From NCBI GenBank assembly GCA_964016885.1, contig OZ024740.1, positions 120,156,001 through 120,220,000 on the forward strand: 64,000 bases of DNA, given 5' to 3'. The notes under the pieces are model-generated. The model had not been told where the DNA came from. It did not search any database and was given only the letters and a program-made list of their open reading frames with translations. Origin of the DNA: Eledone cirrhosa. Taxonomy: Eukaryota. Made by a program: the position numbers and the translations under genes. Below, one piece after another: positions 52,479 through 64,000 of the stretch (positions are counted from its first letter, which is position 1; every line of letters starts with the position of its first letter).

Positions 52479-53599
52479 TGAATATTAAATGTTGCCTTAC
52501 TTATTAGGTATGTATCTATATATCCCTAAATTGTGTATGTATGACAGCAAGTATGAAGGAAGTGTTGACACAATGTCTAGAATGTTCCATAAAATCTCAG
52601 TTTTATAAAATAGTAATACAATTACACTATCCAAAAACATATTTCTGGCACTACAATACTGAAAAGAGATTTAATTTCAGTTTTTAGTATATTTTAACAT
52701 ATTTAAATAGATTTATATATTATTGACTTGAAATTGGAGAAGAAATAGTGTTTGTCTCAAGATTATTGTACTGTTTATACTGGAGTACTCTTAAATTTCA
52801 ACATATTGATATCTATGTTTTAAACATGGAATGTCATCAATATAATTTCTACTATTGTTTTATTATTTAGGTGTTTGAAAGTCAAAAGTGTTTAGCTGTG
52901 CAATGCAAAGTAAAGTAATGATCTTGAGAAAACATTTCTCTTTTATTTTTTCAAAGTATAGTTATGTTGAATGCACTGATGCGATGGTGGAGTAATCATT
53001 TCGAAGGTAACAGAGAACAATGTTTTCACCGAAAGAAAAAACTGGGTGACTGAAGAAAAGATGGTGATAAAAGCTTCACAAAATCACTACATCAATGAAA
53101 CATTGCTGACACACAGGATAACATCTGCAATGTGAGTACATTCAATGTCAATTTGAAAGAAAGAGAAACATTCCCACCAAAAACTAATGCTAAGAAAGTG
53201 ACATAGGAAACTCTAAAAGGAGAGATTCTACATGTCTATTCAAACAATTAGAAATAACACCCACATCTCCCTCATGTCACAATACAGCTTTTAAAAAAAG
53301 AAAGGTCACATAAACTAATTTAGTTTTTGATATACTATTCCTAAAGGGCACCTGTCACCAAAAGATCTAAGAAGGCCTCAGATACACAATAATCAGTTGG
53401 ACAGGTACAAAGAGAACCACAGCTGATTGATTGTGCTGGCAGAAGCTTGAGGCCTGGTGTGCCTTATGGTGAGACAAGACTGTGATTAAGATTCCTGAAA
53501 ACAAGAATGAGTGATCATAGCTAGGTAGCATTTGATCATAGCTTTACTTTAGGCCATAGACATATCTGTTAATGCTTATGGACATTTTGTTCTAGATGA

Positions 53600-54320
53600 T
53601 AATATATAAAAACAAAATGAAAATCTTGGTACAATTTCCACTTAGAACAGAAAAAAAGCCTTTCAAATTCCCCCCCCCCTGAACAGGTTTCCTGTTTTGT
53701 GTTATTTGGGAAGTATCCACCGGGTGCCTTCCCATCTGATGAAATTTCAAACTGCATTTGACATGCACATGCTGCCTTCAAAAAATTGTGCAAACAAATT
53801 GAGATATTCATTATGTTAATGATTTCAAAAAGGTGGGTGTTATCTCAATTTTCTTTTATGAATGCACCAAAAAGACAAAAAATGTTGGAATGCTTCCATC
53901 AGTCAAAGATAGGACCCACTCTGGAAACACTGGCACGAATATACATATGAATAACAGGATTCTTGATTGGATAAAACTCAACAGCATTGAAGCTGTGGTG
54001 TTATTTCACCAACTGGGTTGATTATTTGTAATGTATGTCTGATCAATGACTGAAGAAGATATACAATTAGCCAAAAGAAAGACATCCAGTAATAACTCTG
54101 AAGTGGCAATACAACAATTAACTGATGCATATATTCAAAAACTAATGTTTCCTTGAGGATGGCTGATGCACTTTATCCTCTACTCTGGAGGAGAATATTT
54201 CATGTTCAATGTAACCAGTTTGAAATAACCATAAAGAGGAATCTAGCAGAAGACATTGTTGAGGGGATAAGATCAACAATGAGAATTCTCTGGCTAGCAA
54301 CACTCCATTTCTCTTGTTCG
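53600..54320 (+). mobile_element. Very decayed RTE (BovB-like) C-terminal remnant
   Basis: Remnants YLGS..DEI..HAHAAFKKL, LECFHQ, NSIEAVV, LRMADA. Confidence 0.45.
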
Positions 54321-54782
54321 AATTACCAGATTTCCATAAGATCAAAATAGGTTTATACAGATATCTTAGATAATGTAAATAAATTCAATGGAACTAAATT
54401 GTCAACACCAAGATGATAAGGAAAATGATATCCGAACATATATCTATAGACATGTGTCTTAATATTGTTAACACATTAACTTATTTCTCTCTATATATAT
54501 ATGCATTTATGTACATGCATGTGTTGTTATTATACCTTTATGTGTATATCAAGAATGTTAAAACTCTTTATCCCACCTAGCCTTCAACTTAGCACACTAA
54601 TTGCTTGTCTCCTTCCACACTTTTTATTTCAACAGTTTTCCTACATCCATCTAATATCTTTTGCATTTCATATATAAAGACATCCCTTGCACGTAACATT
54701 ATAGCACAGAAACTTATTTAATTTATGTGAAATACAACTTTTAGAATAAGTGAAAAGAATATCATCACACACACATACACAC

Positions 54783-55050
54783 ATCATCATCATCATCATT
54801 TTTACGTCCGCTTTTCCCTGCTTGTAAGGGTGGGACGGGAACTGATTCTGGCTTGATTTCCACAGCTGGATGCTCTTCCTAACACCAACCTCATTTACAG
54901 TGAGTGCTGGGTGCTTTTTTGCCGTGGCACCTCCACAACCACTTTGCAGTGGAATGATAAGGACCCCACTCTTTATCATCTCATTTCTACAGCTGAGTAA
55001 ACTGGAGCAATGTGAAATAAAGTGTCTTGCTCAAGGAAACAACACATCAC
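54783..55050 (-). mobile_element. CORE-like SINE with RTE tail, 5'-truncated
   Basis: Same CORE-to-RTE junction as 3966-4400 (..tgcagtggaat.ata.gg.cccca.tc.t.tcatctcatttctacagctg..). Confidence 0.8.
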
Positions 55051-55326
55051 ATATAAGTAAAATGACAGGAGGCCAGACAGGTTGAATTTCCTTAATTATT
55101 TATTCCTGCAAACACTATGCAATGGCCAGGTTGCATAAGACCTGGTGACATCTTCAGGTGTAAATTGGATAATAGATGTATATATACCAACGGAATGATG
55201 GCAAACATATTCCAAGAGGATTTAAGGAAAAAGCAATAAAAAACAAAGAAAAGAAAGAGAAGAAAAATGTGTTCTTGATTTTGACCCTGAGACGATTGTA
55301 GCAGCTTGTTGTTTTTATGCCCCAAC

Positions 55327-55367
<41 letters not shown>

Positions 55368-55400
55368 CATACATACATATATATAGAGAGAGAGAGAGAC

Positions 55401-55826
55401 AGAGTGCAAGAAGAATCAAATGATGTGTGCAGGAGAGGAGGATGCGTTGGTATGGACATGTGATGCGTATGAAGGATGACGGCTGCATAAAAAGGTGCAG
55501 AGCACTAGAAGTTGATGGAGCCATGGAGTGGGGGGACCCAAGAAGACCTGGGATAAGGAGATAAAAGTGGACTTGACCTACTGCACCTCTCAACAGCAAT
55601 GACACAGAACCATGACCTCTGGCGCCACAGAAAAAGAGCACCCAGCACTCACTGTAAGAGAGGTTGGTGTTAGGAAGGGCTTCCAGCTGTAGAAATCAAG
55701 CCAAAATCAGTTCCCGTATGAGCAAGACAAAGTCACCTGATCTAACATTGCCCACAATAGGACAACCCATCTAACCCATGTTAGCATGGAAGAATGGATG
55801 TAAAATGGTGACGATGATGATGATGA
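55401..55826 (+). mobile_element. 5'-truncated RTE LINE 3' end
   Basis: VQERRMRWYGHVMRMKDDGCIKRCRALEVDG, 3' UTR, (GAT)n tail. Confidence 0.9.
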
Positions 55827-55992
55827 TTATATATATATATATATATATATATTAAAGAGTTAAACAAGATTCAATGAGTACATCAAAGAATGAGTTTTAC
55901 AGTAGATTGAAAGCACTCTACAGTGGATATTTTCCAGAGTTATTAATATTAATTCAAATATTAACAAAATAGATATTCTTGTGATCAATTAA

Positions 55993-56057
55993 ATGTTATT
56001 ATACATATTTCAGAGGTACTGAATCAAGTTTAACAGTACGTCCTCATCAGATAAAAT
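55993..56057 (-). ncRNA. Minimal hammerhead ribozyme motif (mirror copy)
   Basis: Reverse complement of 56215-56279 with one stem I mismatch. Confidence 0.65.
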
Positions 56058-56214
56058 AAAATGATACATGACATACCCTGACATGTTAGATGGTTAAGAT
56101 TTAATCAAGGTAGTGATTAAGTTATGAGTTTATATTAAGTTTTCTCATAAGTTAATCACTACCTTGATTAAATCTTAACTATCTAACATGTCAGGGTATG
56201 TCATGTATCATTTT

Positions 56215-56279
56215 ATTTTATCTGATGAGGACGTACTGTTAAACTTTATTCAGTACCTCTGAAATATGTATAATAAAAT
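56215..56279 (+). ncRNA. Minimal type-I hammerhead ribozyme motif
   Basis: AUUUUAU CUGAUGA GGACGUACUG..CAGUACCUCU GAAA UA ug UA UA AUAAAAU: 7-bp stem I, long stem II with one C-C mismatch, near-palindromic stem III, AUA cleavage triplet. Confidence 0.7.
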
Positions 56280-56557
56280 TTAATTGATCACAAGAATATC
56301 TATTTTGTTAATATTTGAATTAATATACATATATATATATAGGTGGATTCCTGATGTATATCGGGAGATTACCACAGATACAAAAAGGTACTCAGTATAT
56401 TAGTAGAATATCAGCATATATATTTTATTATAGAAATAGCTTCTACAAGAAAAGAACTATTTCATATATAAGGTGATTCCTGATGAATGAAAAAGTTGTA
56501 GTCCCATAGAAGTCATTTCATGATGATAGTAATAATAATTTATATATATATATATAT

Positions 56558-56765
56558 ATATTTATTAAAATAACAAATTAAAGTTTAAGCAAAGAATCGC
56601 TGCTTTCTCCCTTAACTGGATCTTCTGAAGATCCCGTTAAGGGTGAAAGCAGCAATTTTTGTTTAAACTTTAATCTGTTATTTTAATAAATATTTGCTCT
56701 ACGGTTCTTACATATTTGATATATATATTTATCCTTATCAAGCCCTCTTTGGATTTTAGTCATCA
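56558..56765. repeat. Spacerless palindrome (~68-bp arms, 56558-56693) of the 44754 repeat plus one-sided tail
   Basis: Centre ..ggatcttctgaagatcc..; arms are near-perfect. Confidence 0.85.
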
Positions 56766-56788
56766 AATTTATTATTATTATTATTATT

Positions 56789-56981
56789 AAGGCGGTGGAT
56801 TGGCAGTATCAGTAGAGGGTCGGATGCCATGCTTTGACGCATGGCGTTACGGCCCTTTCCATTCTTAGTTCAAATCTCGCCGAGGTTAACTTTGCCTTTC
56901 ATCCTTACGAGGTCGATAAAATAAAGTACCAGTATTGCACTGGGTAATTGCTGGGCTTGTGCCAAAAGTAGAAACAATTAT

Positions 56982-56982
<1 letters not shown>
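56789..56982 (+). mobile_element. Full-length SINE family 1
   Basis: aaggcggtggattggcagtatcagtagag..agttcaaatctcgccgagg..gtagaaacaattatta. Confidence 0.9.
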
Positions 56983-57021
<39 letters not shown>

Positions 57022-58139
57022 AGAGAGTATTGAAGTTTGCTTGAAGCATTGTGGAACAATATATATACACATATACACACATAAACTCAAACATACTTGC
57101 ATATATGAACTGGATAGTGAATGTAAAATATCAAGCACAGAACTAAGAATCTGCCATTTATGTTAATGTAATATCATTAAATTATTGCTTTTAGGCTTAA
57201 TCATATATTTAGAAGGCTATTAGCATGTTCCGATACTACATATAATCCAATGGAGCATATTACATATGCTAAGTAATGGAAGCAAAACGCTGAAAATATT
57301 AAAAAATTTGAATTATATATTCACTATTTTGAATGTCAACAGGTTAACTAATTAAGGCTTTAAATATTAATTCTTTAAAGAAAATCTGTAATTATTCAAC
57401 TTTCATTGGCTCTTAATCTGATTTCAGAGCAAATCTAACTATGAATGTATTTCTCTATATCATCATTAATGTTTATGTTGGTAGTTCGTTTTCACATTTT
57501 CTATAAGGTTTATGTATGTCGTGCTAAAAGTAGTTACCACATATTCCTTCACTGTTGTAAAAAAGGAAAAAGAACAAAGTGTAATGTAATTCTAGATACA
57601 CTATGTTTGACTAGAAGATTGATTAGTCTCAATTAAAATATTGTTGATAATAGGCCTGCTGAGTCAGTCTTCTATTATAATTCCATTCACATCTAAGATG
57701 TATTATAGGAATATAAAGCAATCCAAGTGCTTTGAGTGATACTTTATTTTACTTAACTTAGAAAGATAAAAGACATATGCTGCAAGGTAATTTTGTCAAA
57801 CAACTCTGTCAAGTATCAGAGTTATTAGAACAGAGAAAAAGATGCCTTGCAGAATTTGTGCTGACTCCTTGTGTTTAAATCCCACCAAAGTCAGCTTCGC
57901 CTTTCTTTCTTTCAAGTTAATAAAATGATATACCAGTCTTGAGTGGGGGATAGGCAGAAGTGTTAGGGTGTCAGATGAGCTGCTCTTTAGTATTTTTTCT
58001 GTCCATTTGTGTGCTGAGTTCAAATCATACAATACTCTTAGGTAGAAGACTGAATCACCCCTTGCCTCTTGGGTGACTTTAGTAAAACACACTCTGTTGA
58101 AAGCATTTGGGTAAGGTTTCTGGTTTGAGGATACTTTCT

Positions 58140-58360
58140 TCCTTGGATTGGCAGAATTGGTAGCAGGTCAGACACCATGTTTTGCAGCACATAGTTACAT
58201 CCCTTTACATTATGTGTTCAAATCATGCTGAGGTTAACTTTGCTTTTTAACCACCTGACGTTGATAAAATAAAGTACCAGGAATGCACTGGGGTAAATTG
58301 AATTAGCATCCCCCTTCCCTTTCAAATTGCTGGCTTTGTGCTTAAATCAGAAACCCTTAT
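58140..58360 (+). mobile_element. Diverged SINE family 1 (long-tail variant)
   Basis: ggattggcagaattggtag..gttcaaatc..gaggttaactttgct..gataaaataaagtaccag. Confidence 0.75.
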
Positions 58361-60462
58361 TAGGTTCATGATAGTAAGATATTGTGTAGAGAAATTTAAT
58401 TCACTAAGCACTGGTCAACTGCATTTACCAAAAGTATTACAAAATGAGACTGAACCTGAAGCCATGAGGTTACGATGTAAATTCCTTAACAACATATCCA
58501 TGATGGCATCTGTTAATCTTCACTACAAATTTATTAGACTTCATGTTAAATATCCAAATAAAATAACAACTATAAAAATAGTTTAAAATTGTATAGTTTA
58601 AGCATAACTTTTATATTTTGACTAGCACTTACAAATAATAAAATCTTTCTTGAGTTGAAGGGGAATTGTTAGAAAGCTAATTTATATGAGAAGAAAACAA
58701 TATTTTCATAGGAAAATGACGAGTAGCAAAAGTATTTAATGGAACATTTTTTCACAAAGTAGGTGCCCAGACAAAAGAAACTACTCAAATTTTCATTTTG
58801 TTCTAGACTTCTTTTAGTGAATATCTGAAACATTAAAAAATATACTTTGTGTATGATAGAATTTCTATTTATTTTCTAAAAACATTTCTTCAATATCTTA
58901 TATTTATTTTATTTAATTTTCCTATTATTTATACATGATCTCATCTTACAGTTACAATTTTGAACCATCTACACTCTGAATTTAGAGATTGTATATTTTA
59001 TATAATAAGAAAAAAATGATATGAATCTGGATTAATAATTTAAGGGCTGATGTATTGAATATGAAATGGAAAAAAATTCTTAATGAATTGAAGTCTCCAG
59101 CTTAGTGAAAGAAAATTAAATGTATTCGCAATTGTTAATAGCTCCCAAAAGAAAGTAAACAATCCCAGGAAATTGAGAATTAAATTTGCCATGTGGGCCA
59201 TGGTATACAAATCCTGATTTGCCAGGTGGTGTTATTAAGTTAAACATGGCCTGGGACAATACTGACCGAAACCTAAGAAAATATCAAAGTTAAGATAATT
59301 TAAATGCTAAGGAAAGGAAAATCTTATATTTGTTTACATGTATATATCTTGGTTTAATTCATATCACCAGAACGGTCTTTTCCTTTATGTATTTTATCTT
59401 ATAATTACTCCAATTATCTTTGTTAAAAATAATTTGTAACTACTTTTATTATAAAAAACCTTTGCCAAGTAGAGTTGAATACATGAGACTCAAATAGATC
59501 AACAGTCGTCTTTAGCTTGCAAACAAAGTTTAGACTTTACCTCTCTTAAACATGTAAATTTACTCAGACAGATTTTCTCCCTTTTTACACTAGCAATTGC
59601 CACCAGGTTTTTGTTTTGTTTCTTTTTCTCTAAATAAAACAAAAAATTCAATTCATCAATAAATTATTGTACATGCTATTCAGTATATGGCCCCTTAAAA
59701 TATTTACAGTTGGTGAATTTCTTTGTATTTTTTCTTATATGCAAAATTCAATAAATATAAATATATATTACTCACACGACTTTTTCCTCATAACATATTC
59801 TATTTTCAAATTGCTTTAAGCTAATCTAAATTTTCTTAAAACTGTTTTATTTGATATACTCGTATAAACAGAACCAATAGAACATTGTTCTTTCCTCAGC
59901 ATTCGTTCTTTCACCTGTACTAACTTTGGGTATCATTTTCCAAATTAAACTAAGAAAAGAATAATATTTTTTTTTAGTATCTGTGTGTGTGTGTTTATAT
60001 ATATGTGGCATGTGTAAAAAGTGATTCTCCCAGCCTTTGCCGAAAATATAAGTGACATAGTCACTACTGTAAAATTGATAGCGAATCGTCTTCTAAATGT
60101 TTTTAATTAAACATACCGTATATATAGATACATTCATGTATACATCGCTATTCAGAGCACCAATACTACTACGATATAAAATAATATTTGAATTGTAGTC
60201 ATCCCAACGTAAATGACAACAACAAAAGTCAATCCCTATAAATAGTTGAGAAAATTGAGTAAATAAACTTGGAGATGAGAAAAAAGGGAATAGAGAGAGA
60301 GGCTCCTCTGTTCACTTTTTTCGAATACCATGAATATTTTACCTGCTTTTTAAATAATTATTCATAGCTATCAATTATTGTTATAGTCACTTACGTTAAG
60401 AAAGCCACATTTCAATGTTTTAATTCTCCTAACGTTTCCTACGTAATATATATATATTTATA

Positions 60463-60924
60463 CTAGCAGTGGTACCCGGTGTTGCACGGGATAAAGTATT
60501 TTGGAACCCGGGCCACCAACACCTAATCGTGGAAAACTGCATGCCTGGACAATATGTAAAGAAAATAAACCAAATACTCTGATGGCTGGATAATCTTTAA
60601 GATTTTCCTCGATGAAGCAGGAAAAATGCAGGTTTTCACTTAATGCGGGCCCTAGGGGATCCAGAAAATGATTTTTTTTTATGTGCATAATATGCCTTGA
60701 AATTTCGGGAAAATCAGCTAGACGTAACGCCTCAAAAAAGCCCTAAAAAGCTGAAAAAATGAAGTTTTTCACCTAATGCGGGCCCTAATCCATAAAAAAG
60801 TTGAATTTTTTATGTGCATAACACTCCCTGAAACATAAGTAAAGTTTGAAAAATATCGGTTGGGTACTTCTCGATCTTTAGGGATTCAAACTCACACACA
60901 CACACATCCTCAGTTTTATACATA
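60463..60924 (-). mobile_element. Non-autonomous Helitron
   Basis: Minus strand 5' ..tataaaactgaggatgtgtgtg (similar to the 51863 start), 3' hairpin cccgtgcaacaccggg then CTAG|T; internal duplication around taatgcgggcccta. Confidence 0.8.
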
Positions 60925-62141
60925 TCATCATCATCACCGTTTTTATATATATATTCATTATTGTGACAGATTAAGATACAAAATGTTCATATAGAATTGT
61001 TATTACTAATACGGATTCAGTTTATTTTTTAATTTGATATGAAATTATTAAGAAAATTTAGAAATCATCCACTTAAAATAGATGGTGTTTAAAAATCTCA
61101 ACAATAAACAAGCAAAAACTAAAACTGAAAAACTCAAATAAACCATCTACTTTATATATGCATCTATTTAGTATGAATATAATTTCCAATTACAAAATGT
61201 TGGATAAAATCGTTTGAGATAAAATGAAAAAGACTTCTCCTGACAAGATAATCACAAAAGCTTGCTACAGAAACTGCAGCCTACTTTCTTACAGCTATTT
61301 TCAGTTTTCTGATTCACATTTGGTTTGCATAGATAGTTAATTTAATTGAAAAGATACTGAAAATATTAAATGTTTCTTTCTTCCAATAGGTATCATTTTT
61401 GTTAAACTGATGATGACACAGATGGAAACTTGATAAATTTTGTAAAGAAAAGATAGCTGCACATTCCATGATAATTTTGTGAAAGAGCATCAAGTAATAT
61501 GTTAAATTTTGTTTTGATCGTGATAAAAATTATCCAAAAGTTACAGTAGAAGTAATAATTATTTTATGATCTTTTTTAAAAAATATTCAAGAACATTTTT
61601 ACATTTGTTTTATAATATGATAGTAATAAGTGCTGTTTAACTAGATGTTACAATTTTCATAGTGAACGATTTATGAAACTAACAGAGACAGTAACTGACC
61701 TTAGCTCAAGTTAAGCAAAGAGTTGATTTTTCAAACTTTTACTTGTGTCAATGTCTTCTTTTAAAACCTATGAATGTAGGAATGATGTTTCAGTCTTAGA
61801 GAATATATAGAGAGGCAAATGTTTATTTGGCTGTTGTTAAACAGTACTAAATCAACCCTGATTGAGCAAACCTATGATAATTGATATTCCAGCAATGATA
61901 AATCTGTCAAAATTTCAGACATAATATATCTAGATTCATATTATCTACTGTGTCCTATATTTTTTAAACTAGTAGGGTGTGGTTTAAAGGAGATTTGAGT
62001 GCTATTTTCAGCAATTTGAACAAATATTTATAAGCCTCATATTTGATTAGTGATTTACTTTTAGAAAACTAAATAATTAATAGTATAAAAGTAAAGAAAT
62101 CTCCCATGATTCATCCTTTCATTTGGCAGTATCGGTAGAGG

Positions 62142-62306
62142 GTCGGACACCATGCTTTGTAGCACAGTTACGTCCCTTTACGGACTGAGTTCAAATCCCG
62201 CCGAGGTTAACTTTGCCTTTCATCCTTACGAGGTCGATAAAATAAAGTACCAGTAATACACTGGGATAATTGCTGGCCTTGTGCCAAAAAGTAGAAACAA
62301 TTATTA
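62142..62306 (+). mobile_element. SINE family 1 (a further truncated copy at 62643-62740)
   Basis: Same head, core and tail as the other copies. Confidence 0.9.
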
Positions 62307-64000
62307 TATTTCAATTAATGGAAATTCTGGAGGGAGTTATTAAAATTATTAATTAGTATGTATTATGATAGCATTTGTAATAAATGTGTTTTACAAAGAA
62401 TTGTTAGAGAAATTTAATTTAAATAGGAACTCTATAAAATTGGTGGTCTTTTTTCACAGACCAGGGAGAGTTTTGACTAGGTTAGTATCAAAATGGCTCA
62501 TATTGAAATGTTTGAATTTGAAGAACTATTCCATGCACCAAGACAGAATAATAGAAGTAAAACAATATCACATTCAGACATTTAAATCAATTTATTAATG
62601 AAAATCAAATTATTAATGAAAAAGTAAACCATTATTGTAATTGTTGACTTTGCCTTTCATCCTTACGGGGGCGATAAAATAAAAGTACCAGTAATGCACT
62701 GGGTAATTGCTGGCCTTGTGCCTAAAGTAGAAACAATTATTGTAATTGTATATATATATGAATGATTTTTATGATATACTTCCATGCTTTTTATAAGCTA
62801 TTTGAATGATGTTGAGAATGTGACTTCACAACAGTAATTTATGTATTATTTTACACATATTTATGGAAGAAATCATTTTCATATACAAGCATATGACATC
62901 ATTTAACATTCATTTTCCCCAGTAGCAAGAGATGAACTGGTTGACACAGACCATGTAAGTAGATATTTGGAGCTACTGGTCTCCCACTGACCTATTAAGT
63001 GCAAGAACATATATAAATATATGTATGCATACATTTGAATATAAATGCAAGCATGTAAATTAAGTTTCAACATTATCCACAAATGCACTGCCTCAGTACT
63101 GTAGTTAGTTAATGTGTGTGTGTGTGGGGGGGGGGGGATATTAAAGATAGCAATGGAATCCTGTAGCGAACTGGTGGTTTCAAATTCTTTGCCTTACGCA
63201 TTGAAGTTTGAAATCTGCAAAGATTGATATTATATAGTCATTCTTTCTCTCAAAAAGTTATTTACACTCACAGTAATTTATAATTATATATTTTGTAAAA
63301 TAGCACCCAAAATTCCATTGTCATAATTCATACATGGAGATAATCAATAATACTACAATATATGCATGTGTTTCTTGGTAGAGATAGGAGTGTTGTATTG
63401 CTATTTAGATAAATGGGTAGTGAATATAAGTGAAAGTCGGGGAAGTAAGGATGAGATTTGATGAATTTGAATGTAGAGAGACATTTATATGAGACTGAAC
63501 AGCACTATAAGGTGTTTATTTGCAAATCTATATGCTTTTCTTTTTACTGTGTAATCAGAGAGGGAAGGATCAATTCCAACAATTCGTTGTTCTTTTGTTC
63601 CATTGATCAAACAGTTGGAACACTCATTGATGAAACAGATAGAAATCCCAACAGAACAACACCCATGATTATGTCCACCACAAAAATACTGACATTTTAA
63701 AATTCAAGATTAGAAACTATGAATATAGTAATTGGACAATAACTGCAAAAGTAATCTGATGATATAAAAATTCAATTAGACTATGTTTATATGGCTACCA
63801 TTTAATCCATCAAATAGAATTGGAAAGACTTCCTCCACACCCACTAGAATATTAATGGACATGTAATTATTAATATAATTCAATTGTATTTTACAACCAT
63901 ATTCACAATAAGTGACTGAACGCAAATAAGGTTTGATGAAGATGTTTTACTGCTACAAAGCAAAAGAGCTGTTGATGTCAATTGACCAACTGGTGTACCA

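Larger units (their letters stand above)
55851..56326. mobile_element. Fold-back element C: ~183-bp near-perfect inverted arms, each with a hammerhead, plus a ~95-bp one-sided tail
   Basis: Arms 55946-56128 / 56144-56326 with a 15-nt spacer; TA runs on both sides. Confidence 0.85.

Noticed and set aside
56625-56660. CTGAAGA..GAAA apparent canonical hammerhead
   Set aside because: CTGAAGA is created by the palindrome junction; other copies read CAGAAGA and no proper stem III/NUH or stem I forms
63608-63667. Minus-strand hydrophobic stretch MGVVLLGFLSVSSMSVPTV resembling a signal peptide
   Set aside because: Ends in a stop after 19 codons with no convincing splice donor; insufficient support

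Overview
AT-rich, microsatellite-dense animal genomic DNA, most likely a cephalopod (Octopus-like; inferred from the SINE/LINE repertoire and composition, not from a database hit). Only one host exon is recognisable: a 150-bp minus-strand exon (1801-1950) encoding half of an I-set Ig domain of Lachesin/DIP/IgLON type, so most of the window may be a very long intron. The rest is transposon-derived: many RTE-clade LINE copies (one family carries a C4HC3 PHD-like finger after the RT core), CR1-group and RTE-X fragments, two tRNA-derived SINE families, non-autonomous Helitrons, and a decayed Penelope-like element (RT + C-terminal GIY-YIG). The most unusual signal is a set of fold-back (inverted-repeat) elements embedded in (TA)n tracts that carry minimal hammerhead-ribozyme cores (36312-36354 +, 37022-37063 -, 55993-56057 -, 56215-56279 +). 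Two otherwise dissimilar ones end in the same ATG-initiated peptide (MTLPKYNNI.F.TRF.IKNLAK) with mostly synonymous differences. All calls are by eye; coordinates of degenerate repeats are approximate.
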